Of a DNA stretch of 64,000 nt, positions 20,101 through 29,000 are shown in pieces. Location: positions 139,121 to 203,120 of the forward strand of contig CAYGYG010000001.1 in assembly GCA_964354155.1 (NCBI GenBank). The letters run 5' to 3'. The translations under genes were made by a program, and so were the position numbers. The DNA comes from an uncultured bacterium (GTDB taxonomy: Bacteria; Hydrothermota; Tepidihabitantia; SM23-42; CAYGYG01). The notes under the pieces are model-generated. The model was not told the DNA's origin. It did not search any database and was given only the letters and a program-made list of their open reading frames with translations. Numbering within the stretch: position 1 is the stretch's first letter; each line of letters begins with the position of its first letter.

Positions 20101-21095
20101 CGCTGTCGAATGATATCGGGGTTTACTACCGCGGCGTGGATGAGCGGGAGGTCGGCACAAGCCTGCCCCTGGAGAAGGGGGACAACTTTCGGTTGACCTC
20201 ACGCCACGATTTCATTCCTGGTATCTACGTTGCCAATAGCTATGAGCTGGACGATGGATTGGCGCTGGCCCAGGAGGACCGACTGCTCAGCCTGGATCAT
20301 TCGCTCCTCTCCATGGCCAAGATAGGACCCGGCGCCTGGTTTCCCGACCTCAGCTTCATCAATTTCGAGGTAAGCTACGGTCGCAGCATGACCGCATCGG
20401 TCAGCGGGCCGGGTCTTAGCCGGGTCTTTTTCAGTCTTATGATCCCGGAGCAAGGCGATATCCTGTACCAAGGTCTTTCCAACAGCTATACGTTTACGGC
20501 CGATCTTCGGCCGGCATCCAGCCTTATCATCAGTCCGGCATATTCTCTGGCCCGGGGCGAGACCGGCTACTGGGACGGCTTGACCAGATTTGTTGAGCAC
20601 AACCTTAGTCCTAAGCTGGAGACATACCTCGGACCCAACACGACCTTAACCGGCCAGTACTTTCTCAAGGATGAAGAGCGCGCCGGCATATCCTCGAGGG
20701 TATCGAATAACCCGGTGGCCGAGTGGCAGAATCGCTGGTCACGAACTATCAGAACCAAAACCAGGCTGTCGGTTCGGCGTGAAGTGTACAACGAGGGCAA
20801 CATCGAACAGACGGATGACGACGTGTCGCCGTCAGTACAATTCGGCTACTACGACGACCGGTTCTTCAAGGAATTCGAATTTCTGACCACGCTCGGGTTG
20901 AGTTACGGGCGGACCATGAATGGAGTCACGTCGGAAGAGATGCGCGTTGTGCCGGTGTTCGAATTGAACATGCGGCCGACGACTTTCTTTGTGGTGAATA
21001 CTTCCTTCCAACCCACCTACACCTATGACCTGGGTGATCCTGACTTGAGTGAGTTTGATCCTTACCTTAAGCTGAAGGGAACACTCCAGTTCTGA
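17181..21095 (+). CDS. very large (about 1300 aa) protein with N-terminal two-component-regulator-propeller-like (Reg_prop) beta-propeller repeats and a C-terminal beta-rich region ending in Phe (outer-membrane-like)
   Basis: Repeats of type GLPQNLVTTLGVDEGLLWVGTDSGLAVADL / IFAATDSGLVVFN / VWVATDDEVMIYD. The C-terminus KLKGTLQF. The start codon is uncertain (GTG 17181 or ATG 17244). Confidence 0.5.
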   Translation: MTLFLVLTLLAESGKALEGRPMALSAEGYIFMTTPSGVYRFDKNALEWSVLTVKNGLPQNLVTTLGVDEGLLWVGTDSGLAVADLKLLNFRVVDTSTIGGIGFDADYVYAGGPAGILRYDKYKDQLELFETGAAVRDLVLVEDRIFAATDSGLVVFNTRYEKTEATPYEISEPLKHIVTTNFSLFFLGNQNCYQYHKTTRGWRRFDGFKANDYAVRGDSVWVATDDEVMIYDDVLGGWSRYRQEEWLPAPRITALSVTAGYLVFGSEQGIIVVDNKNRTWKKYNLANGLVEESVLRIVEEGGEIYLLSPGWLQRFDRKGDWKRLKIEGLQVAKEGLFTVDEAGGHINLSNDVKATLQGRISGQYEMQDTMVLKSETIDSRFMLGRTGGRLLAAYYDDTEKQRKLYGAVYQDPKGIVARASAGKLRSEFYKSGLIPPGSYLGGSGRLETKVAALTMAGGAKRSAFTADYFTGNSTNRLLSIEDIAYLKNVFFAVDTIDPQIDFESESLFVDNRVALDNDENTRLGQRIAGLVGDFDPRHRGIDYAVDYARGMIRFLTPLADSAVVVIKFSGGQEAVLQGRGQDSLELKNHYQLGAIEILPRSLSIRIFDTTNVEYPLDRFGLDNNRDGAVDDEYVNYFNGILRFPARRPFPDTVYQSTPASCYRMMISYRSKMSTYQLSQAPVVTNSEEVILDGVSVRRGIDYIIDYSTGNVVFLEKGRVLTKSEIEVRYEYEYPEGGTSSDTAVLGGQLAVAPGGGFEFVPGFYRSGEQQVANVVSEWELKRPALGLRLVPEIGINADDSRAKGGRVSAFGSLRRLRLNSIVETYEPAFKAFGRRTSRYGELTSRYYLYSKYEFSDFVAVDGSYDRRQAEDTVAGSQFDRETGVGGVYFNLPSLPVLTLGGGQRTYSGDLPQPQEKRYSGHASIDYSVPPGVARRARLSNLKLGGSFSAEMITEPGEMDLWEENRILSASSTLPLSNDIGVYYRGVDEREVGTSLPLEKGDNFRLTSRHDFIPGIYVANSYELDDGLALAQEDRLLSLDHSLLSMAKIGPGAWFPDLSFINFEVSYGRSMTASVSGPGLSRVFFSLMIPEQGDILYQGLSNSYTFTADLRPASSLIISPAYSLARGETGYWDGLTRFVEHNLSPKLETYLGPNTTLTGQYFLKDEERAGISSRVSNNPVAEWQNRWSRTIRTKTRLSVRREVYNEGNIEQTDDDVSPSVQFGYYDDRFFKEFEFLTTLGLSYGRTMNGVTSEEMRVVPVFELNMRPTTFFVVNTSFQPTYTYDLGDPDLSEFDPYLKLKGTLQF

Positions 21096-21115
21096 ACCGC
21101 TGGAGTCAACGTCGT

Positions 21116-22033
21116 CTAGTTCTTGGCGATGTAGCCCAGGAAGAAACCGCTGGTTTGATTATCCTGGGGCAAGACACGCCCGCATTGGGTGACTCGTTCA
21201 TCGAGCCGATGCCCTTTCCATTCGGTCACGCCGGGGCGTATCTTCAAACCATTAACTTGAACCGGCATCACCTCGGCCTGGGGATGACGTCTCAGCAGGT
21301 AGTTGACCACGATTTCGTTCTCCTCGGGTGCGTAGGTACAGGTTGAGTAGACAAGCGTACCTCCCGGCTTCAAGGCGCGGAATCCGGCCAGCAGCAGCCC
21401 GATCTGGATGGTAGCCATGCGTTCGATGTTTTTTTCCCCCCAGTGATAGAGAACCGCACGCGACTTGTTGATTGTTGCTTCGGCCGAACAGGGCGCGTCG
21501 ATCAGCACTCGGTCAAAGTAATCGGGCAGCAGGTGACCGAAGCGGTTGCCGTTGAAATTCGTGATCACGGTATTGAGTACGCCCATCCTGTCCAAGTTGA
21601 AAGCCAGGGCCTTGATGCGATCCGGACGAACATCGTTGGCGACGATGAGACCGCTGTTCTCCATGACCTGGGCCAACTGAGTCGTCTTGGACCCGGGGGC
21701 CGCGCAGAGGTCAAGGACTTCGTCGCCGGGCTGGGGCGCGAGCAGCAGTGGTGGCAGCATTGAAGCAGCTTCCTGGATGTAGATGTGACCGAGAAAGTGG
21801 GCAAGATGATTACCAAGGGGCAGGCGGTCGTCATTGAGTACGTAGCCATCGGTGCAGAAGGGAAGCGGAGAGATCGGAAGATTACAGAGTAGGTCGAGTA
21901 TCTTGGCTCGCGCTGATTTCAGCGGGCTCAAGCGGAAGGTCGTCCGGAGCGGCCGGCTCAAAGCCTGGAGGAATTCGTCATAGTCAGGGATGATCGACTG
22001 GTACCGGCCGGCAATGTCTTCAATCGATTTCAT
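21116..22033 (-). CDS. RsmB/RsmF (NOP2/Sun) family RNA m5C methyltransferase
   Basis: AdoMet motifs LDLCAAPGSKTTQLA and DAPCSAEATI, plus the catalytic TC of YSTCTYAPEENE. The start is at MKSIEDI, with GGAGGG 7 nt upstream. Confidence 0.75.
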   Translation of the reverse strand: MKSIEDIAGRYQSIIPDYDEFLQALSRPLRTTFRLSPLKSARAKILDLLCNLPISPLPFCTDGYVLNDDRLPLGNHLAHFLGHIYIQEAASMLPPLLLAPQPGDEVLDLCAAPGSKTTQLAQVMENSGLIVANDVRPDRIKALAFNLDRMGVLNTVITNFNGNRFGHLLPDYFDRVLIDAPCSAEATINKSRAVLYHWGEKNIERMATIQIGLLLAGFRALKPGGTLVYSTCTYAPEENEIVVNYLLRRHPQAEVMPVQVNGLKIRPGVTEWKGHRLDERVTQCGRVLPQDNQTSGFFLGYIAKN

Positions 22034-22515
22034 TGGAGGGCCCTCCATCGATTACAATGATGAACAGATAGATTACTGTGATGGAGGAGCTGATCCCTCG
22101 TTTTACTCGGGACGATGCGTGGCATCGGATTACGGAGATAGAACGATTCAGACAGATTCACCCCGTTAGAATAATTGTATCGGAACGATTGCTCTGGCTC
22201 GTATGATGCGTCGACTATTACTGACGACACAACTACAAATCGGTAGAACCCAGGTATTTCTAACGGGGTAAAGCGGATGCACACTGATGCTCTGCAAGTA
22301 GCGAGTGGCAAGGAGCAAGTAGAGAGTTGGGAGATCACGTTTAGAACGTTGCAAACGTTAGTAACGTTAATGACGTTCAGATTACCCCGTATCTCCATGG
22401 CTCTTAGCCGGTACTCATTGCTCATTGCAGTATCCCCTCCGCGCCTCTGCTCCTCCGCACCCCTGCGGTTTTTGTCGTAGTCCATTACTCCATCATTCCA
22501 TGCTTCCATCATTCG

Positions 22516-23436
22516 CTACCTCAGCAGTGCCTCAACACTTGGCAGGTCTCCCATTGAAGAGAAGCTGGCAGTCACTGCATCCGGCAGTATCCGCTTGACC
22601 AAGCCGGTGAGCACCTTGCCCGGTCCGACCTCGACAAAGGTCTCAACTCCCATGCTTTCTATCTTTCGGATCGAATCAGACCAGCGAACCGGAGACAGGA
22701 TCTGGATGGCAAGATTCCCTTTGATCGTTTTGGCGTCGGTCGTCGGTTCGGCGGTGGCATTCATCACCACCGGAAAGCGAGCATCGGCGATAGGCACCCG
22801 CGCGAGGTACTTTTCGAATTCGACCGCCGCGGTGCGCATTAGGGGAGAATGAAAGGCACCGCCCACGACCAACGGAATTACCCTCTTGGCTCCGGCGGTT
22901 TTTGCCTCGTCGCAGACCGCCTTGAGCACTTCTTCTTCACCGGCAATGACCAGCTGGTCCGGTGCATTGTAGTTGGCGATAACGACTCGGCTATCGGTCT
23001 TCTCGCACAATCCTTTCAGTCTGTCCTCGGCTAAGCCGATGATTGCCGCCATGGCCCCGGGATTCTTGATACTCATGAGCGCACCCCGCTGCTTGACGGT
23101 GCTGAGAACGCCGCTTAAGTCAAAAGCTCCGGCTGCATAAAGTGCGTTGTACTCGCCAAGCGAATGGCCGGCAGTCACCGATGGGCAGAACCCACGTTCT
23201 TTTAGAAGTTCCAGCGCAGCAATCGATGTTACGCTTATCGTAGGCTGGGTATTCTTGGTCTGTCTCAACTCATCTTCAGGGCCTTCGAAGCAGAGCTTCC
23301 TGACATCCATCTTGAGTATATCCTGGGCAGTATCAAAGACCTTTCGGGCGGTGTCGCTATTCTCGTAAAGATTCTTCCCCATGCCAACGGCCTGAGACCC
23401 CTGGCCCGGGAAGATGAATGCATATTGCTTGGCCAT
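22516..23436 (-). CDS. fabD: malonyl CoA-acyl carrier protein transacylase
   Basis: MAKQYAFIFPGQGSQAVGMGKNLYE..., active-site GHSLGEY, and length 306 aa. Confidence 0.9.
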   Translation of the reverse strand: MAKQYAFIFPGQGSQAVGMGKNLYENSDTARKVFDTAQDILKMDVRKLCFEGPEDELRQTKNTQPTISVTSIAALELLKERGFCPSVTAGHSLGEYNALYAAGAFDLSGVLSTVKQRGALMSIKNPGAMAAIIGLAEDRLKGLCEKTDSRVVIANYNAPDQLVIAGEEEVLKAVCDEAKTAGAKRVIPLVVGGAFHSPLMRTAAVEFEKYLARVPIADARFPVVMNATAEPTTDAKTIKGNLAIQILSPVRWSDSIRKIESMGVETFVEVGPGKVLTGLVKRILPDAVTASFSSMGDLPSVEALLR

Positions 23437-23480
23437 ACACTCCTTTCAGTCTGCCGCGGAAACGGCAGACTTCGCAGGGA

Positions 23481-24302
23481 CTAATCCAACTTGAACTTGT
23501 ACTGGATCTTCGGCAAAAGCAGCCGGTCCATTGGCTCAAAGAATATATCGATTAGGCTCTTTTTCTTCTTGGGATAGATAAGTCTTGGTTCGCCGGCCAT
23601 GCCGACCAGGTTCTTCGTAATCGTCACCGCGTCTTCAAGCGAACCCAGCGTGTCAACAAGCCCCAGCTCCTTGGCCTGACGCCCCGTGAAAATCCGACCG
23701 TCGGCCATCGCGATGACGCTGTCCACGGGAAGCTCGCGTTCCGTGCTGACCGTGGCCACAAACTGGTCATAGACGTCAGTGATGACGCCCTGGAGCAGTA
23801 CCTTCTCTTTTTCGGTCATCGTTCGAAACGGCGAGCCAATATCCTTGTGCTCTTTTGACTTGATAGTCTGGACTCCGACCCCGATCTTGCTCATCAACTG
23901 TTCGACGTTGACGAACTCCATCAGCACCCCGATTGACCCGGTCAATGTCCCGGGATTGGCAACAATGATGTCAGCCGGGGCCGACACATAGTAGCCGCCT
24001 GAGGCGGCAAGCGTACCCATGGACACGACCACTTTCTTGGCCGCCTGTGCCTTCTTGACGGCTTCGTAGATTTCTTGAGAGGCCGCGACTCCGCCGCCCG
24101 GACTATCAACGCGGAGGATAATCGCCCGGATCGATTTGTTCTGGGTGAATGACTTGAGTTGCGAAACCGTCTCTTTAGCCTCGATGATGGTGCCGAGCAC
24201 CTCGACGACACCGATCCGGTTCGACTCAAACGTGGCCTGGATAGACAAAACCGCGACGGCAACGACTGCCATCAAGGGTATAATGAACAATAGCTTTTTC
24301 AT
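23481..24302 (-). CDS. sppA: signal peptide peptidase SppA (36K type, ClpP/crotonase fold)
   Basis: N-terminal TM helix. VDSPGGGVAASQEIYEAV and GTLAASGGYYVSAPADIIVANPGTLTGSIGV are SppA signature blocks. Confidence 0.85.
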   Translation of the reverse strand: MKKLLFIIPLMAVVAVAVLSIQATFESNRIGVVEVLGTIIEAKETVSQLKSFTQNKSIRAIILRVDSPGGGVAASQEIYEAVKKAQAAKKVVVSMGTLAASGGYYVSAPADIIVANPGTLTGSIGVLMEFVNVEQLMSKIGVGVQTIKSKEHKDIGSPFRTMTEKEKVLLQGVITDVYDQFVATVSTERELPVDSVIAMADGRIFTGRQAKELGLVDTLGSLEDAVTITKNLVGMAGEPRLIYPKKKKSLIDIFFEPMDRLLLPKIQYKFKLD

Positions 24303-24600
24303 GTTGGGTCTCCTGCCGAATTATACCGCGTTCAGGCGAAAAATCAAGGGCGGGTCGGGACCCATCCGAGAAAGGGAGATCTAAGTCCTAAATCCGAAGC
24401 TCTAAACACTAAACAAATCCCAAATCACAAACTCCAATGTTCGAAATGAAACGGGGTTTAGAATTTCGGTATTGGGATTTCCCGTCAGCCCTCGTAGGGT
24501 CGGGTTTTAAACCTGACCAGATCTCGCCAGGTTTGGACAACAAAAGGGGCGATTGTCGAATCGCCCCTGCCGGGAAACGGAGAACGCTCGGTATCGAGCG

Positions 24601-25989
24601 TCAGTTTGCCACGACCATGGTTTTGGAAACCGAGCGACGTCCCGCCTTGATTGTATAGACGTACACACCAGCCGCGGTCTTGCGGCCCACGCGGTCGCGA
24701 CCATTCCACATCACCTCGAAGATACCCGGGTTGTGCATCTTGTCCGCCAGCGTCCTGACCGCGCGACCCGCCTTATCGGTGATCTTGACGGTGACTCTTG
24801 TTGGTTCTTTCACGGCATACCGTATGATGGTCGTCCCGCTGAACGGGTTGGGCTGATTCTGGTACAGCACAATACCGTCAACGCGTTCCGCACGCTCTTC
24901 TTCAACTCCGGATGGATTCTGAATCCTGATCAGGTTGATGTCCATGGTGCCGAGATTATAAGGGGCCTGCGCCGCGGTCCTGATGTGTGCCGCGTCTTTG
25001 GCGGGCAAACCGCGCCGGGCACGTTCCGCATCGATTATTTGCTCGCCCTGGTAGTCGATGGCAACCGGGTCTCGTGACATAAGAAGACTATCCGGCGTAT
25101 TCTTGGGTGCGAAAGTCAACCATGACTGGGGACTGCCGCCCGGTCCGCCGTTATAGATACCGAAGAGACCGTCGACGATGAAGATCTTTTCCTGTTTATT
25201 CAGGACATCCCTTATCTGCTGGTTGAGCGACGGGATTTCCGGGCTGTTATTGCCGTCGCCGGCGCCGCACGGGACCGGGTTGCACGAGCCGTAGTGGTTT
25301 TTCAGGCAGAAAGTCATGGCTGGTGCCCCGTGGTCTTTGAGGCAGGCGACGTTGATCATGTAGTTCGAGAGCGCCGACATGATCCGGCTCGGCTGGACGC
25401 TGATCGTGCCGCTGTCCCGCTGGATGGTCAAGGGTCGGGTTGCGTCATACCCGATACCGGTCTGGTTTGTGCCGAATACCCGGTGCTGGGTGGGCGTGCC
25501 GCCGGTGTAGATTGTGTAGCCGGCTCCGGTCAGTTCACCATTGGTCCGGTCCCATATGATAGCGTTGTTCCGGATGAAGTTCTGGCCGCCGATGTTCATC
25601 TGAGCCAGCCCATTGATCACGGTCTCGACCAGGAGCCGATGCGACGAGAGCGCACTATTTATGCAGTTGACTTTGATGCAGATCACGCTGGCGGTAGTAA
25701 TACCCGGAAAGAGGGAGCGCCAGGCGTCACCGAGGTTGGATATACCGGTCAGGCGGCGCATCGATGTATCCATCATTATCTGCACGATGGACTGGTTGAT
25801 CGTCGTTCCGGTAGTGGCCGCAACATCATTGCACCAGATGACATCGCTGGCCGGCAGAAGCTTACCCGGCTTCTGCTTACTATCGGCAAAAAGCCCGGGC
25901 ACAACTGCCGCACCCGCGGCGCCGGCCGCAAGCTTCTTCAAGAAATCACGACGAGAAATCGGCTTGCTCATAAACCTCCTTATGTTCAA
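24601..25989 (-). CDS. DUF362 domain protein with Tat signal and C-terminal T9SS sorting domain
   Basis: Twin-arginine motif MSKPISRRDFLKKLAAGAAGAAVVPGLFA (alternative start at 25971). DUF362-like core. C-terminal IVLYQNQPNPFSGTTIIRYAV...GVYVYTIKAGRRSVSKTMVVAN is a type-A T9SS tail. Confidence 0.7.
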   Translation of the reverse strand: MNIRRFMSKPISRRDFLKKLAAGAAGAAVVPGLFADSKQKPGKLLPASDVIWCNDVAATTGTTINQSIVQIMMDTSMRRLTGISNLGDAWRSLFPGITTASVICIKVNCINSALSSHRLLVETVINGLAQMNIGGQNFIRNNAIIWDRTNGELTGAGYTIYTGGTPTQHRVFGTNQTGIGYDATRPLTIQRDSGTISVQPSRIMSALSNYMINVACLKDHGAPAMTFCLKNHYGSCNPVPCGAGDGNNSPEIPSLNQQIRDVLNKQEKIFIVDGLFGIYNGGPGGSPQSWLTFAPKNTPDSLLMSRDPVAIDYQGEQIIDAERARRGLPAKDAAHIRTAAQAPYNLGTMDINLIRIQNPSGVEEERAERVDGIVLYQNQPNPFSGTTIIRYAVKEPTRVTVKITDKAGRAVRTLADKMHNPGIFEVMWNGRDRVGRKTAAGVYVYTIKAGRRSVSKTMVVAN

Positions 25990-26016
25990 ATTTCTAATAG
26001 TTCAGTAACTCGATAG

Positions 26017-29000
26017 CTACTTCAAATAGATGATCTTCGCGACTGACGAGCCGCTCGGTTTCTCTATTTTGACAAAATAGACGCCATTGGGTAAATCCAA
26101 AGGTTGCCACCGGACGCGTCCTTTGCCCTGGGTTTCCGCGCTGAATAGATTATCGACCAGCCGGCCCGAGGCGTCAAAGATGTCGATGGTCAGCCTTTCG
26201 CGAGTCGGCAGGCTGTAGGTTATGTTGACCGCCTTATAGAACGGACTCGGTGTGATGTTGACGGTGGGCACGTTAGTTATCCGGACGTAAGTCTCCTCTT
26301 CGATGCCGATATTCCGATCCCACCAGGATTGGGCACTATCCGAATTGATCAGCGCCAGGGTCGTATCATTGCCGCCGACCACGGCGTAGGCAACGCGGAC
26401 CTTGCCGCCGACCGGCAGGTTAAACGGCCCGGCCGACGCGCAGATCGACCAATTGAACGCGCGGTCGCTGAAGCGCATTCTGATCAACCCGGAAAGGAAG
26501 CTGTCTTTCGCCGCTTCGGTCATCATCGTGGCGGGCAGCACGTAACGCGCGTGGTCAATCGCCGACAGATTCCGTGCGGCTCGGGGTTGGAGCACCCGAA
26601 TGCCGCAGACCGGGTACATCGTGGTTGACCGCCTCATGTAGATGAACCTTCGTACGCTGTCCGACCTCACGATATTGCTGGTCACGTTATTGTAGACGTC
26701 GAAGTCAAACATCATGCCGGAGGAGAGGTTATTGATCGGATTCGTGCCGCGGTTGTAGTAGTCGAAGCAGACGATGACCCAGTCGTCATAACCCGGCTGG
26801 GACAGCGACAGACTCCACTGCTTGACTTCCAGGCCTTTGGGCGAAGCATGGTTGGCATCGTTGTACACCGCTTCATACTCTTCTTGCGCGGCCCGGGGCG
26901 GCAACACAGGCCGGAGCGAATCAACCACGCGGAAATCCTGGTTGATGGTGGTGTAGGGACGGCCGTAGAACCGGTCGACGACGTAATTGGCGTCAGTTCC
27001 GGCGAGCATGCTGGCGTACTGCAGGTTGCCATAAGATGATAGCTTCGAATACTTGAAACCAGAACCCTCACCATAAGGATAGGTTACGCCGAAACTGCCA
27101 TTGGTCGTTACCGTGAAGGCCGGGAGACAGGTGTCATGGTCAGCCCAGGCGAGTCGGGCGTCAGGCGGTACTCCGACGGTGAGTCTCAGGAAAGGTTCCC
27201 AGCCGCCCTCAGAAGCGGTCGCATTGACGAGGAACTCAATCCCGGTTCCCTGTGGGGTGGACGGAGACACGGTGAACCGATAGGTGTCACCGCGGCTCGT
27301 ATCGCCGGCCGCGACATTGCCGTAAACGGAAGTCGAGTCGACGAAGCTGATGAAGCCGGAGCTGTTGCGCAGGCGGCCCTGGAGGTTCGTCGCGCCCGCG
27401 TTACCAGCATTCTTAAGCGTCATGTAGAAGTTGACAGTTTCGCCCGGATCAAGACGCCCGTTGTTGTTGCCGCCGGAATCGTCGATGCGGTGTGACTGGT
27501 AGACGATACAGGGTCTCGGTGATCCCGAGCTCACGGTGCAGGTTCCCTCGTAGGGAATCAGGTCCTTGTACGTAACCGTGATGCTCAAGGCTCCGGTTGT
27601 AGTCGGGCTGACAAAAAGATCTATCCAGCCCTGACTGTTGGTCCGTCCAACCGCGTATACCTCAGTACCCTTCAGAGCACAGACTAGGGCATTGACGACC
27701 GGCGTGCCGGAAAGAGTTGTTGTCACCCGGAGCATCTGAGGCGATGCGGGTATCGTGGCAACGTGGGTGACCGTTGGACGCCGTGGCGCGACACTGTACA
27801 TGGGCAAATTGGGATCGCCAAACAGCGTGTTTTCGTAGACGCACCATCGGGTGGCCGCCTGGGACATTGCCATGTTCCGGCAATTGTCCTTTGCCATATC
27901 GTGGGCGATGCCGACTTCAAAGGCCGATTTAAGCCAGAAGCATTTGTAGAATTCAAGATCGAGGATCTCCGAAGGTCCCAGCCCCGGTGGATAGCCAAGT
28001 CCGTAGCGGGAGTTGAGCATGTTCGCGACGCAGCCGCCGGTCGGACAGTTGACGAGACTCTCCGCGATGCAATCCTTGGCATCGAAACTGCCGACGTCAC
28101 AGTTGATGGCATTCATGATGTCCAATCGTATCCCGTTGGTCAGCGTGGGTATATGGCTCATGCTGAGCACGCTCAGCGACGTGTAGCTGCCGTGCGCCGC
28201 GATGTGGCAGAACTGATACCCGCGGTTTATCGAGTCCCGGGTCGCAGTCGAGGCCGGGTCTTTCAGTTTGGCTTTTTTCCAGGTCGGCGGAAAGTAACTA
28301 GCGATTATGTTGTTCGGAAATTCGCCGTGATAAGGCGAGAACAGCATCTGAGAGGGGAGGAGCAGTGACTTCACGTACGCCGTATCCGGATATTTCTCGA
28401 AGGTCGTATCTTTCCTGATGAATGTCGGCAGGTTTGTCGCGTTGTCGATCGGGGCGCGCCCGATGTAGACGTCGTGGAGTAGATCCACGGTGTCACCCAT
28501 CTCACCGAAAAGGCTGTTCCGGTTGCCGTCCCACGACCATTGCAGGTCGGCGTAGTACATGTCGGTAGGGATACTCCCGGTTATCGTGCTTTCTTCGATC
28601 ACCAGCCTTGTCTTGCGGTCCGGCACAATCATGTCATCACCACCGAGCAGAACGTACTTTAGTCCCTTGGTGCGCCAGTAGTCGGCGATGAAGTTTCTGA
28701 TCTTCTCCTGGTTGTCGCGGCCAGCATAGCGCGCATAGATCGAATCAGTCCCCATAACAACGGTGTTGATGCCTTTTTTGACCTTCCAGTTCTTGAAGGC
28801 GTCCCAGCTCGGAACGAGGGTCCGGCTCGTAATGATGACGTAATCGATCTCCCCGGCATCCAATTCCTTGACCTGAGGCGCCCAGGATGCTACGGCCTCA
28901 GGATTGGCTACCAATCCCTTGACCTCGCGGCCGAACAGCTCCTGCTGACTGGTCGTGAGGGCGACCGGTTCATGCCGGCCGGTCTCGTAGTGAACGTTTA

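Noticed and set aside
22030-22512. 160-aa minus-strand ORF upstream of the rsmB-like gene
   Set aside because: It begins inside the methyltransferase coding region in another frame and runs through the AT-rich ACGTT-repeat region. Composition is not protein-like.
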